Of a stretch of DNA of 64,000 nt, positions 9,756 through 17,816 are shown piece by piece (position 1 is the stretch's first letter; every line of letters starts with the position of its first letter). Source of the stretch: Candidatus Altimarinota bacterium (GTDB taxonomy: Bacteria; Patescibacteriota; Gracilibacteria; CAIRYL01; GCA-016699755); contig OY760935.1 in the NCBI GenBank assembly GCA_963664295.1, positions 608,001-672,000 on the forward strand, read 5' to 3'. The notes beneath the pieces were generated by a model. It was given only the letters and a program-made list of their open reading frames with translations, had not been told where the DNA came from and did not search any database. Both the position numbers and the translations under genes were made by a program.

Positions 9756-10823
9756 TCAATTTGCGATTTTGGCTGGATACACCCCACCAGCCGAAAAGTT
9801 AACCTTACCATTGAAGCCACTCAAAGCCTCGATGGCCTCATAATTGACCTTGTATGGGGTGGCCAGGGTCAGTTCAGAGCCCTGAAAGTTTGCCAATATT
9901 TGCACAAACTCTCTAGCGTAGCTTGCTGTCTCAGGAGACAGCTGAAAGCCCAATTGAACGGTCAATTTTTTTGCATTTGACCGACTAATGGCTTCGAAGG
10001 ATTCCATGTAGATACCCCGATTTTTTTCGCAGGTTTCGAGGCATACTTCCAGTTCATCGCCGGCAAAAGCCACGATTTCATTGACCGCAGGGCTCTGACG
10101 TATGTGATACGTAAAGCGAGCCGAAACGCTCAATTTTTCGCCGCCAAAAGTGGCAAGGGCCTTCCAGACTTCAGGATCAAAGCAGATATCGACATCGAGC
10201 CTTAGCTCTCTGCCTTTGAAATTGGCAATGCGGCCAACAGTATCACCACTGGGAATGTGAAGCATGATGTCCAGCGTATCACACTGAAAGCTGGAAATTG
10301 CTTCCAGTGATTCCACTGTGGGCTGACCGAAAAACATGAGCTCAATGGCCCCCTGAAACGCAGACAACGCCTGCAATTGCTCGAAGCTGGGACAGTAGCG
10401 CATACACCAAATGCTCAATGTGTCACCCTGAAACTTGGTGGCAAGACTAGAAAGCACGCTGGGAGTAAAACAATCCCCCTCTTCCTTGTCAGCAAAACTC
10501 AGCCTTAGCGTATCTCCGTCAAATCGAGACAAACGCATGATTTCCCAGGGAGTAAAGCCATTTTTACTAGTGCTATACCAAAGGCCATCAGTAAACAGGG
10601 AAAAGCCCTGGTATTTTTGACTACTGCCACTACTGCCGATGCCTAAGGTGCTGACGTGCTCTGAAACCTCCTGAATGTTCCAAAGAGGAAAGTTGGGAAG
10701 ATCAAAGACTTTTTCCTGAGGCAAATCAGGGTCAACATAACCAATTCCGCCTGCCCAGCTCGCATTAGCGAGAGCAGTCAGAACGACCAATACGACAGTC
10801 AGTGTTTTACATGTTTTCTGCAT
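9756..10823 (-). CDS. Secreted protein with degenerate LRR-like repeats; GC-rich, probably acquired horizontally
   Basis: Signal peptide (VVLVVLTALANASWA); about 25-aa periodic motif (A/S)(L/I)xxFxGxxLxL; a sampled 60-nt line (10081-10140) is 50% GC, well above the flanks; SD AAAGGA upstream. Confidence 0.75.
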   Translation of the reverse strand: MQKTCKTLTVVLVVLTALANASWAGGIGYVDPDLPQEKVFDLPNFPLWNIQEVSEHVSTLGIGSSGSSQKYQGFSLFTDGLWYSTSKNGFTPWEIMRLSRFDGDTLRLSFADKEEGDCFTPSVLSSLATKFQGDTLSIWCMRYCPSFEQLQALSAFQGAIELMFFGQPTVESLEAISSFQCDTLDIMLHIPSGDTVGRIANFKGRELRLDVDICFDPEVWKALATFGGEKLSVSARFTYHIRQSPAVNEIVAFAGDELEVCLETCEKNRGIYMESFEAISRSNAKKLTVQLGFQLSPETASYAREFVQILANFQGSELTLATPYKVNYEAIEALSGFNGKVNFSAGGVYPAKIAN

Positions 10824-10946
10824 GGATAATTCCTTTCTACGTGTTCTTGAAGTTTAAACAAGGATGAGCAGTAGCTAGAAAACACCTCCTTCCAGTTTCC
10901 TGTTGAAAGTTTATATGTTTGAATGACTTTAAAAGTCATAATTAAT

Positions 10947-11034
10947 CGCAAAGAGATGGACCATCAGCTTCTTATGAAAATCACGCACAATATGCATGTG
11001 GTGTTTCTTTGAAACTAACAGTCCACTCTTTACA
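10947..11034 (-). ncRNA. Long G.U-rich stem-loop in the 5' leader of the GC-rich gene
   Basis: GUAAAGAG-UGGAC-UGUUAGUUUC pairs with GAAGCUGAUG-GUCCA-U-CUCUUUGC; several of the pairs are G.U and form only on the minus strand. Confidence 0.5.
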
Positions 11035-11037
11035 GCC

Positions 11038-11089
11038 AAATTGTTAAAGATCAGTTTAAGTATTATATACTTTTTTTTATATTTGTCAA
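11038..11089 (-). promoter_or_regulatory. Sigma70 promoter (TTGACA-16-TATAAT) followed by a boxA-like site GATCTTTAACAATTT
   Basis: -35 at 11089-11084 and -10 at 11067-11062; the downstream sequence resembles the rrn boxA TGCTCTTTAACA. Confidence 0.6.
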
Positions 11090-11151
11090 TAGTAATATAT
11101 ATAAAAAAATAATTCTCCTAATAACGCATATAAAAGAGAAAAAAACCGCTT

Positions 11152-11623
11152 TGTCATTCTGAGCGGAGTGAAATGGAGCGAAGAATCTCCTTGTTTATTC
11201 TTTCAAAACCTGCCTTATCTTGTCATTGCGGAATTGATCCGCAATCTCCTTTACCATACGCTCAAAAACTAATTCGGTTATTACAATAGTAATGACTACG
11301 GGAGATCCTTCGTTTCACTCGGGATGACTGTTTTATTTGTCATTCTAAACAAACTATTTTTGTCATTCTGAGCGGAGTGAAGTAGAGCGAAGAATCTCCT
11401 TAAAACATATACTCAAACCTTGCCTTAGGTGTTCCTCTGCTGTCATTCTGAGCGAAGCGAAGAATCTCCTTGGACATGTGCCCAAAAACTAGCTTGGCTA
11501 TTACAGCAGTAATGACTACGGGAGATTCCTCGACTCGCCTAAAGGCTCGCTCGGAATGACAAAAAAGAAGATCAGGATGACAATCATTGTAAATGAAAAC
11601 ACTAAGCGATCCGCCTAGGCGGA
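11152..11623. repeat. Composite TGTC-tagged palindromic (REP/REPIN-like) array 1
   Basis: Multiple TGTCATTCTGAGCG...GAAGAATCTCC and TGTCATTGCGGA-ATTGA-TCCGCAATCT arms, with inverted GGAGAT...ATGAC arms. Confidence 0.9.
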
Positions 11624-11655
11624 CAATGCGTAACTTATTTTTATTTAAAAATACA

Positions 11656-11689
11656 AAAAATCACCCCAGTACTTACTAGAGTGATTTTT
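11656..11689 (-). terminator. Probable terminator after rplL
   Basis: Imperfect hairpin AAAAAATCAC-cccagtacttactaga-GTGATTTTT just downstream of the rplL stop. Confidence 0.55.
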
Positions 11690-11708
11690 AGCTCTTAAAA
11701 TAATAAAA

Positions 11709-12119
11709 CTATTTTAGTTCAACAGTAGCACCAGCTTCTTCAAGCTTGCCTTTTATTTCTTCTGCTTCTTCTTTTTTAACACCTTCTTTAAGAGGTTTTG
11801 GAGCACCATCAACTAAATCTTTAGCTTCTTTCAAGCCAAGACCAGTGATTTCACGTACAACTTTGATAACGTTGATTTTTTGACCACCAGCAGCAGCAAG
11901 AACAACATCAAAACTGTCTTTTTCTTCTGCAGCACCAGCATCACCAGCAGGAGCGCCAACAGCAGCTACAGCAACAGGAGCAGCAGCAGAAACGCCAAAC
12001 TTGTCTTCCATTACTTTAACAAGGTTAGCAAGTTCCAATACAGATAGTTTTTCAACTGCATCAAGAATGCTTTGTGCTTCTTTTGAAAGCTCTGGTAAGT
12101 CTTTTTTTTCTTCTGACAT
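11709..12119 (-). CDS. rplL: 50S ribosomal protein L7/L12
   Basis: [41 protein letters not shown]. Confidence 0.99.
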   Translation of the reverse strand: MSEEKKDLPELSKEAQSILDAVEKLSVLELANLVKVMEDKFGVSAAAPVAVAAVGAPAGDAGAAEEKDSFDVVLAAAGGQKINVIKVVREITGLGLKEAKDLVDGAPKPLKEGVKKEEAEEIKGKLEEAGATVELK

Positions 12120-12196
12120 GATTTTATTAAAAAATTGAAAATCTTTATATTGTTTTCATGCTTCGCAAAGCTCCACATGATAAAAAGTTAACTAAA

Positions 12197-12730
12197 TTAA
12201 GCGGTTTGTTCTTTTTGTTTAGAAATTTCTGACAAAGCACGAACAAAACCGGAAACAACTCCGTTAGTTGTGCCAACAAAACCGGAAATTGGTGAATTGA
12301 TAGAGCCAAGTAATTTTGCCAAAAGCTCTTCGCGAGAAGGAACAGAGGCAAGAGCAATAATATATTCAGCATCTACTGGTTTTCCTTCAAAAACTCCTCC
12401 ATGAATAACAAGTTTTTCATTGTCTTTTGTATATTTATGAGTGACTTGAATGCTTGATAACTCGTCTTCAAAACCAAAAACTGCACCAATAGGACCTTTC
12501 ATAACAGAATCACCTATTTCTTCAATTCCGTTTTCTGCCAATGCTTTTTTGAATAAAGTTTTTTTAGCAAGACCGTATTCAGCACCTTTTTCGCGCAATT
12601 TTGCACGATAGTCTGTGATTTCTTCTACTGTTAATCCTTTATTTTCTGCAAAAACTATACTTTTTGCATCTTTAAATTTTTCAGTTAGTTTTTTTAGTAT
12701 TTCTTCTTTTTGTTCGCGTGATATTGCCAT
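12197..12730 (-). CDS. rplJ: 50S ribosomal protein L10
   Basis: GLTVEEITDYRAKLR, AKKTL, LASVPSREELLAKLLGSINSP. Confidence 0.97.
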   Translation of the reverse strand: MAISREQKEEILKKLTEKFKDAKSIVFAENKGLTVEEITDYRAKLREKGAEYGLAKKTLFKKALAENGIEEIGDSVMKGPIGAVFGFEDELSSIQVTHKYTKDNEKLVIHGGVFEGKPVDAEYIIALASVPSREELLAKLLGSINSPISGFVGTTNGVVSGFVRALSEISKQKEQTA

Positions 12731-12754
12731 TTTGATTTAAAAAAAATCTTGAAG

Positions 12755-12838
12755 CATAGAGACATCAAGAAAAGCAAGTTAATAAAACGATTTTTGCTTG
12801 TCTCGGCAGGGCTTATTTGTTTGCCTGCTGTCTCTGAC
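12755..12838 (-). promoter_or_regulatory. L10 leader (autogenous control RNA)
   Basis: Minus strand GAGACAGCAGGC...TAAGCCCTGCCGAG...GTCTCT upstream of rplJ, matching the general shape of the L10-leader 23S mimic (Rfam L10_leader). Confidence 0.75.
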
Positions 12839-12917
12839 CAACTCATTTTCGCAAAAGATTTTAAAATAGTCAAGAATTTTCTTTGAAATTGCAAACTTCT
12901 CATGAGAAAATGAATTC

Positions 12918-13592
12918 ATGATTGAATTTATTGGAGCAAAAAAAACTTTTGTATTAGGCAATGAAGAATGGAGCTTGGGTCCTTTGGATGTTAAAATAAA
13001 AAAAGAGGAAAGAGTAGCTATTATAGGCTCTTCTGGTTCTGGAAAATCAACCTTACTTCATCTAACAGGAGCTTTGACAAAACTTGATGCAGGTCAAATT
13101 AAAATTTTTGGCAAAAATCTAAGCACAATGCACGGCTCAGAAATGCGCAAATTCCGCAATGAGCAAATTGGTTTTATTTTTCAAGATTTTTTTCTTTTTC
13201 CAGAATTTAGCCTTATTGAAAATGTAGAAATGCCAATGTTAGTGGCAAATATCAAGAAAAAAACAGCACAAGAAAAAGCCAAAAAAATACTAGAAGAAGT
13301 TGGTCTATCACACAGATTAAATCATCATCCAGCAGAGCTTTCCGGCGGACAAAGGCAAAGAGGAGCAATAGCCAGAGCACTAGTTATGGAACCAGATATT
13401 TTACTAGCAGATGAGCCAACTGGCAATCTAGACAAAGACAATAGCCAAAAAATAATCAAATTAATTTCTGAATTACAAAAAAAACGCAAGATGACACTTT
13501 TGCTTGCCACACATGATGATAATGTAGCAGAAATTTGCTCCCGCAAAATTATTTTAGATAATGGACAAGTTTCTAATGATCAAATTTTATAA
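12918..13592 (+). CDS. ABC transporter ATP-binding protein (LolD/MacB-like)
   Basis: Walker A GSSGSGKST, signature LSGGQRQR, LLADEPTGNLD, H-loop ATHD. Confidence 0.93.
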   Translation: MIEFIGAKKTFVLGNEEWSLGPLDVKIKKEERVAIIGSSGSGKSTLLHLTGALTKLDAGQIKIFGKNLSTMHGSEMRKFRNEQIGFIFQDFFLFPEFSLIENVEMPMLVANIKKKTAQEKAKKILEEVGLSHRLNHHPAELSGGQRQRGAIARALVMEPDILLADEPTGNLDKDNSQKIIKLISELQKKRKMTLLLATHDDNVAEICSRKIILDNGQVSNDQIL

Positions 13593-13606
13593 TTTTATTT
13601 TAAAAA

Positions 13607-14341
13607 ATGGCTAAGATAGGACTTATTGGTTATGGAAAAATGGGCAAATTAATCCACAAAATTGCGCTAGAAAGAGGGCATGAAGTTCCAGTTATTATTG
13701 ATGTTTCCGCTCCTGAAGCAACTGCGAGTGACATAACAGAAGAAAGCGTAAAAAATGCTGATGTTTTAATTGATTTTTCAATCCCCTCTTCTGCATTAAG
13801 CAATCTTGAAAAAGCTAGTAAACTAGGAAAAAATTATGTCATGGGCACAACTGGCTGGACCAACGAAATGGAAAAAGTAAAAAAAATAGTTGATGACGCA
13901 AAAATTGGCTTTATTTGGGGCTCTAATTTCTCTTTAATGGTGCAACTTTTTTTCAAAATTGCTCGCGAAACAGCAAAATTGGTCAATAAATATGATGATA
14001 TTGATGTAGCCACTTGGGAAGCTCATCACAAACACAAAATAGACTCTCCTAGTGGCACAGCGGAAACCATTGGTGAAATTCTGCTTTCTGAAATTGACCG
14101 CAAAAAAAATTTACTTTTAGATAGACCCGATGGCGCAATAAATCCTGAAGACCTACACTTAGCTACTATTCGTGTTGGCGAAGTACCTGGCACTCATGGG
14201 ATCATTTTTGACACTAATTCAGATACTATAGAAATCAAAAATACTTCCCGCTCTCGTGATGGTTTTGCACTTGGTGCTGTGATTGCATCAGAATTTATTG
14301 TTGATAAAACCGGTTTTTTTGATTTTAGAGATGTTGTGTAA
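13607..14341 (+). CDS. dapB: 4-hydroxy-tetrahydrodipicolinate reductase
   Basis: GYGKMG, DVLIDFS, GTTGW, EAHHKHKIDSPSGTA, SRDGFALGA. Confidence 0.95.
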   Translation: MAKIGLIGYGKMGKLIHKIALERGHEVPVIIDVSAPEATASDITEESVKNADVLIDFSIPSSALSNLEKASKLGKNYVMGTTGWTNEMEKVKKIVDDAKIGFIWGSNFSLMVQLFFKIARETAKLVNKYDDIDVATWEAHHKHKIDSPSGTAETIGEILLSEIDRKKNLLLDRPDGAINPEDLHLATIRVGEVPGTHGIIFDTNSDTIEIKNTSRSRDGFALGAVIASEFIVDKTGFFDFRDVV

Positions 14342-14368
14342 AATTTTTTATTGCTTAAATAAGCTATA

Positions 14369-14470
14369 TGTCATTGCCCGATTTGATCCACCACGGCGGA
14401 CTTACAATCGGACAATCCATTTGCCATCTAAATTTTCTGCTGGATTATCGGATCAAGCCCGATAATGACA
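14369..14470. repeat. Empty inverted doublet of TGTC-tagged palindromes (REPIN-like)
   Basis: Left arm TGTCATTGCCCGATTTGA[TCCACCACGGCGGAC insert]...TCGGACAATCC; right arm CTGGATTATCGGATCAAGCCCGATAATGACA (14440-14470). Confidence 0.8.
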
Positions 14471-14511
14471 ATAATGAATTATTAACCTTGTTATTAGCGA
14501 GTTTCTTTTTT

Positions 14512-14891
14512 TGTCATTGCCCGACTTGATCGGGCAATCCAGAAACTAAAAAATTATAACAAATCATTATATAAATCATTCCACTGAGGATTAATTTTTT
14601 CAATTAATTCAATTTTCCACTTACGACTCCATTTTTTAAGCTTTTTTTCATAAATAATTGCTGAATTAATATCATTAGTTTTCTTGTAATATACAAGCTT
14701 ATGAACATTATATTTACTAGTAAATCCATTAATTAAATTATTTTTGTGCTCATAAATTCTTTTTATTAAATTATTAGTAACTCCTGTATACAAAGTTCCA
14801 TTGCGACCACTTGCCAATATGTAAACATAATAATCTTTCATTGGTTTTATTTTTATCGTTCTGGATTATCGGATCAAGCCCGATAATGACA
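14512..14891. mobile_element. Putative REP-bounded GIY-YIG element
   Basis: Arms 14512-14542 (TGTCATTGCCCGACTTGATCGGGCAATCCAG) and 14861-14891 (inverted) tightly bracket the nuclease ORF. Mobility is inferred, not shown. Confidence 0.55.
14554..14841 (-). CDS. Small stand-alone GIY-YIG nuclease (COG2827-like)
   Basis: YYVYILAS..GTLYTGVTNNLIKRIYEH, FTSKY, AIIYEKKLKKWSRKWKIELIEKINPQW; more AT-rich than its neighbours. Confidence 0.93.
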   Translation of the reverse strand: MKDYYVYILASGRNGTLYTGVTNNLIKRIYEHKNNLINGFTSKYNVHKLVYYKKTNDINSAIIYEKKLKKWSRKWKIELIEKINPQWNDLYNDLL

Positions 14892-14992
14892 AAATAATCA
14901 AAAGTGTGCTAACGAATAACAATGAACAATGATAAATTTTATTCGAAAACTTTAAAAATACGCAAAACATACATAAAATATGTACATAATAA

Positions 14993-15027
14993 ACATAAAA
15001 AGTGTACATTTTGTACACTTTTTATGT
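14993..15027. repeat. Perfect 16-bp inverted repeat (lysA terminator or operator upstream of the nuclease)
   Basis: ACATAAAAAGTGTACA-ttt-TGTACACTTTTTATGT. Confidence 0.7.
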
Positions 15028-15049
15028 AAATTTTGCGCAAAACAACAAT

Positions 15050-16243
15050 TTAATTCAAATCCCAATTTCGCAAAACATCTTCAAAAGTTTGCCTTTTGCG
15101 AATTAAGCGCGTGCTACCATCAGACTCAATCAAAACCTCTGCTGGTAAAAGATGAAGATTGTAATTTGATGCCATGGCCATACTGTAAGCACCTGCATTC
15201 ATAATAGCCAAAATATCTCCTTCTCTTGGCTCTGCGATTTCCCTATCTTTTGCAAAAACATCACCAGATTCGCAAATATTGCCACCAACTGTGACTACTT
15301 TTTTTTCTGCATCAGGATTAGAGATGTTAACTATCTCATGATATGAACCATAAAGCATTGGTCTTACAAGCTGGCTATAACCTGAATCCACCATTACAAA
15401 AGTTTTTTGAGGATTATTTTTCACTGCATTCACTTTAGTCAATAAAACACCAGATTCTGCAAGCAGTACTCTTCCTGGCTCAATCCACATTTCAACTTCA
15501 TCATTGCCTTTTGTTTTGCGAAATTCTTCAAATTTTTCCTTTGCTTTTTTACCTAATTCTTTTAAGTCTAAAGCTACTTCATCTGGTTTATAAGGAATGC
15601 CAAATCCGCCACCAAAATCAACAAACTTAAGGTCTTCAAAATCTTTAGCAGTGTCTAAAATAATATCCATCATTTGTAGATAGGTTTCTATATCGAGAAT
15701 ACCTGAACCAATATGAGTTTGTGTGCCTATTAATTTTAAATCATATTTTTTTACAATTTCTTTTACTTGGTCTGAATAAGTGTAATCTATGCCAAACTTT
15801 GAGTCAGTTCCGCCAGTTATATTGTGCTCATGGTGACCACCACCAACATTAGGATTAACACGAATAGAAACTTCGGCACCTGGCTGAATTTGTCCAACTT
15901 TTTCCAGCTCAGCCAAAGAGCCAACATTAAGCACAATGCCAGCATTAAGGGCAAAACGAATTCCTTTTTCATCTGTGCTAGCAGGAGTAAAAATAATATT
16001 TTCCGGCCTAAAACCAACTTCTAAAGCAAGTTTAGCTTCGCCCAAAGAAACTGTATCAACTCCTGAACCTTGACTTAAAAGAGTTTTTAAAATTTCTGGA
16101 TTATTATTAGACTTCATTGCGAACAAAATTTTTGTTCGCAAACCATCAAAAGACTCTTTAACAAGAGAATATTGATTTATTATTTTTTTGGCATCATAAA
16201 CATAAAGAGGTGTGCCGTATTGTATTGCTAAATTTTCTAACAT
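15050..16243 (-). CDS. lysA: Diaminopimelate decarboxylase
   Basis: YGTPLYVYD, PLP lysine FAMKSN, SKFGI, HIGSGI, DFGGGFG, EPGR, GNICESGD, MASNYN. Confidence 0.95.
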   Translation of the reverse strand: MLENLAIQYGTPLYVYDAKKIINQYSLVKESFDGLRTKILFAMKSNNNPEILKTLLSQGSGVDTVSLGEAKLALEVGFRPENIIFTPASTDEKGIRFALNAGIVLNVGSLAELEKVGQIQPGAEVSIRVNPNVGGGHHEHNITGGTDSKFGIDYTYSDQVKEIVKKYDLKLIGTQTHIGSGILDIETYLQMMDIILDTAKDFEDLKFVDFGGGFGIPYKPDEVALDLKELGKKAKEKFEEFRKTKGNDEVEMWIEPGRVLLAESGVLLTKVNAVKNNPQKTFVMVDSGYSQLVRPMLYGSYHEIVNISNPDAEKKVVTVGGNICESGDVFAKDREIAEPREGDILAIMNAGAYSMAMASNYNLHLLPAEVLIESDGSTRLIRKRQTFEDVLRNWDLN

Positions 16244-16255
16244 TTTTTTAATTGA

Positions 16256-17131
16256 TTAAAGTTTTTCTAAAATTTTTTTAATTTCTTCCTGTTTTTCCTG
16301 TTCTGGCGAATATAAAGGTAGCCTTAAAACAGGCTTACACAGGCGCTTTAAAAACATTATATATTTTATCGAAGCTGGATTACCTGCCAAAAAACAAGCT
16401 CCAAAAAAATCCACATATTTTTTATGGATTTTTTCTGCTTCATTAAATTGTTTATTATTTAAAAAATTCATCATCTCAGTAAGCTCTGCTGGAAAAAGAT
16501 TGGAAGCAACAGAGACAAGCCCTTCTGCGCCCACTTGTGCAAAATCATAAGCCAAGGCATCATCACCAGAAAGCACTGTAAAATCATCAGGTTTTTTATT
16601 GCAAATTTCTCGCACTTGCTCAAGATCACCACTTGCTTCTTTGATAGCAACTATATTAGGTATTTCTGCTAAACGCAGAGTTGTTTCCGGAAACATATTT
16701 ACTCCTGTTCGTCCAGGTACGTTATAAAGCATAATCGGTAAATTTGGTACAGACTCAGATATAGCTTTAAAATGCTGATATATGCCTTCTTGTGAAGGTT
16801 TATTATAATAAGGGACTACTTGCAATGTACCATCAACACCTAACTTTTCTGCTTCTTTTGTGCGGATAATTGCTTCTTTTGTACAATTTGCACCTGTACC
16901 AGCAACAACCTTGCACCTTCCCTTTGCTGTTTCTACTGCAATTTTAACTACTTCTAAATGCTCTTCCTCGGAGAGAGTTGGGCTCTCACCCGTTGTTCCA
17001 CAAGGAACAATGCCATTTATGCCTGACTTTATTTGTCTTTCAATAAGATCGACAAAAGTATCTCTGTCTAGAGATTGGTTTTCCCAAAAAGGGGTCACCA
17101 GGGCTGTGAAAACACCTTTGAATTTGCTCAT
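16256..17131 (-). CDS. dapA: 4-hydroxy-tetrahydrodipicolinate synthase
   Basis: TALVTPF, GTTGESPTL, PYYNKP, LYNVPGRTG, IKEASG. Confidence 0.97.
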   Translation of the reverse strand: MSKFKGVFTALVTPFWENQSLDRDTFVDLIERQIKSGINGIVPCGTTGESPTLSEEEHLEVVKIAVETAKGRCKVVAGTGANCTKEAIIRTKEAEKLGVDGTLQVVPYYNKPSQEGIYQHFKAISESVPNLPIMLYNVPGRTGVNMFPETTLRLAEIPNIVAIKEASGDLEQVREICNKKPDDFTVLSGDDALAYDFAQVGAEGLVSVASNLFPAELTEMMNFLNNKQFNEAEKIHKKYVDFFGACFLAGNPASIKYIMFLKRLCKPVLRLPLYSPEQEKQEEIKKILEKL

Positions 17132-17150
17132 GTTATTTTATTATATTTTT

Positions 17151-17435
17151 TTAGCTTTCTTGATCCTCCCCTCCTCCTGAGTCATCTTCAAAGACGTCTT
17201 CGATGGCATCACTCGCCTTCTTTATCTTGTCCACCTTATTTTCTATTTCATCAATCTTTGTTTCTAAATCCTCTTTTGCTTTTATTGCTTCCTCTTTTAC
17301 TTCTGTAATATCAGCTTTTAATTCATTTGCTTTTTCTCCTGCTTTTTCTTTTACTTCATTCAATTTTTCCTCAGACACAAAAGAACAAGCTGATAACAGC
17401 AAAACTGAAAAAATAATTGTAAGAAATTTTTTCAT
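17151..17435 (-). CDS. Small lipoprotein, coiled-coil
   Basis: MKK + hydrophobic stretch + lipobox LSAC; E/K-rich helical body. Confidence 0.75.
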   Translation of the reverse strand: MKKFLTIIFSVLLLSACSFVSEEKLNEVKEKAGEKANELKADITEVKEEAIKAKEDLETKIDEIENKVDKIKKASDAIEDVFEDDSGGGEDQES

Positions 17436-17767
17436 TTTTTCTCAAAAAAAGCAGATAAGCTTTTTGGATTTGACTCTAAGGTTTTTTGTGCTGTGTTTAC
17501 TTCTTCTTCAGAAATTTCTGTAGGAGAAATATTTTTCATATCAGGATGTTTTTTATCAGAGACAATGTTGATAACAGCCTGAGCTATACTATCAAAATGA
17601 CACTCAGAGCAGTGTATTTTAAATAAACAAGTTTTATCAGAAACAGATTGGACTGATATATTACCAATTTCGATTTTAGCATTGCATTTTGGGCATTGCT
17701 CATTTGCCAATATTTTTTCTAAGAAAATGTGAATATGATTCGAATCCATGCATAACAAGAAATACAC
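17432..17767 (-). CDS. Zinc-ribbon-like hypothetical protein
   Basis: CPKC...CSEC pairs. Confidence 0.65.
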   Translation of the reverse strand: MYFLLCMDSNHIHIFLEKILANEQCPKCNAKIEIGNISVQSVSDKTCLFKIHCSECHFDSIAQAVINIVSDKKHPDMKNISPTEISEEEVNTAQKTLESNPKSLSAFFEKK

Positions 17768-17816
17768 TTAAATTGTACGACTAGTCCAAAAAAAAGCAAA
17801 CTTTTTTTATAAATCT

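Noticed and set aside
10799-10939. 46-codon minus-strand leader ORF (MTFKVIQTYK...) overlapping the start of the GC-rich gene
   Set aside because: No SD before its ATG and no recognisable features; cannot be told apart from chance.
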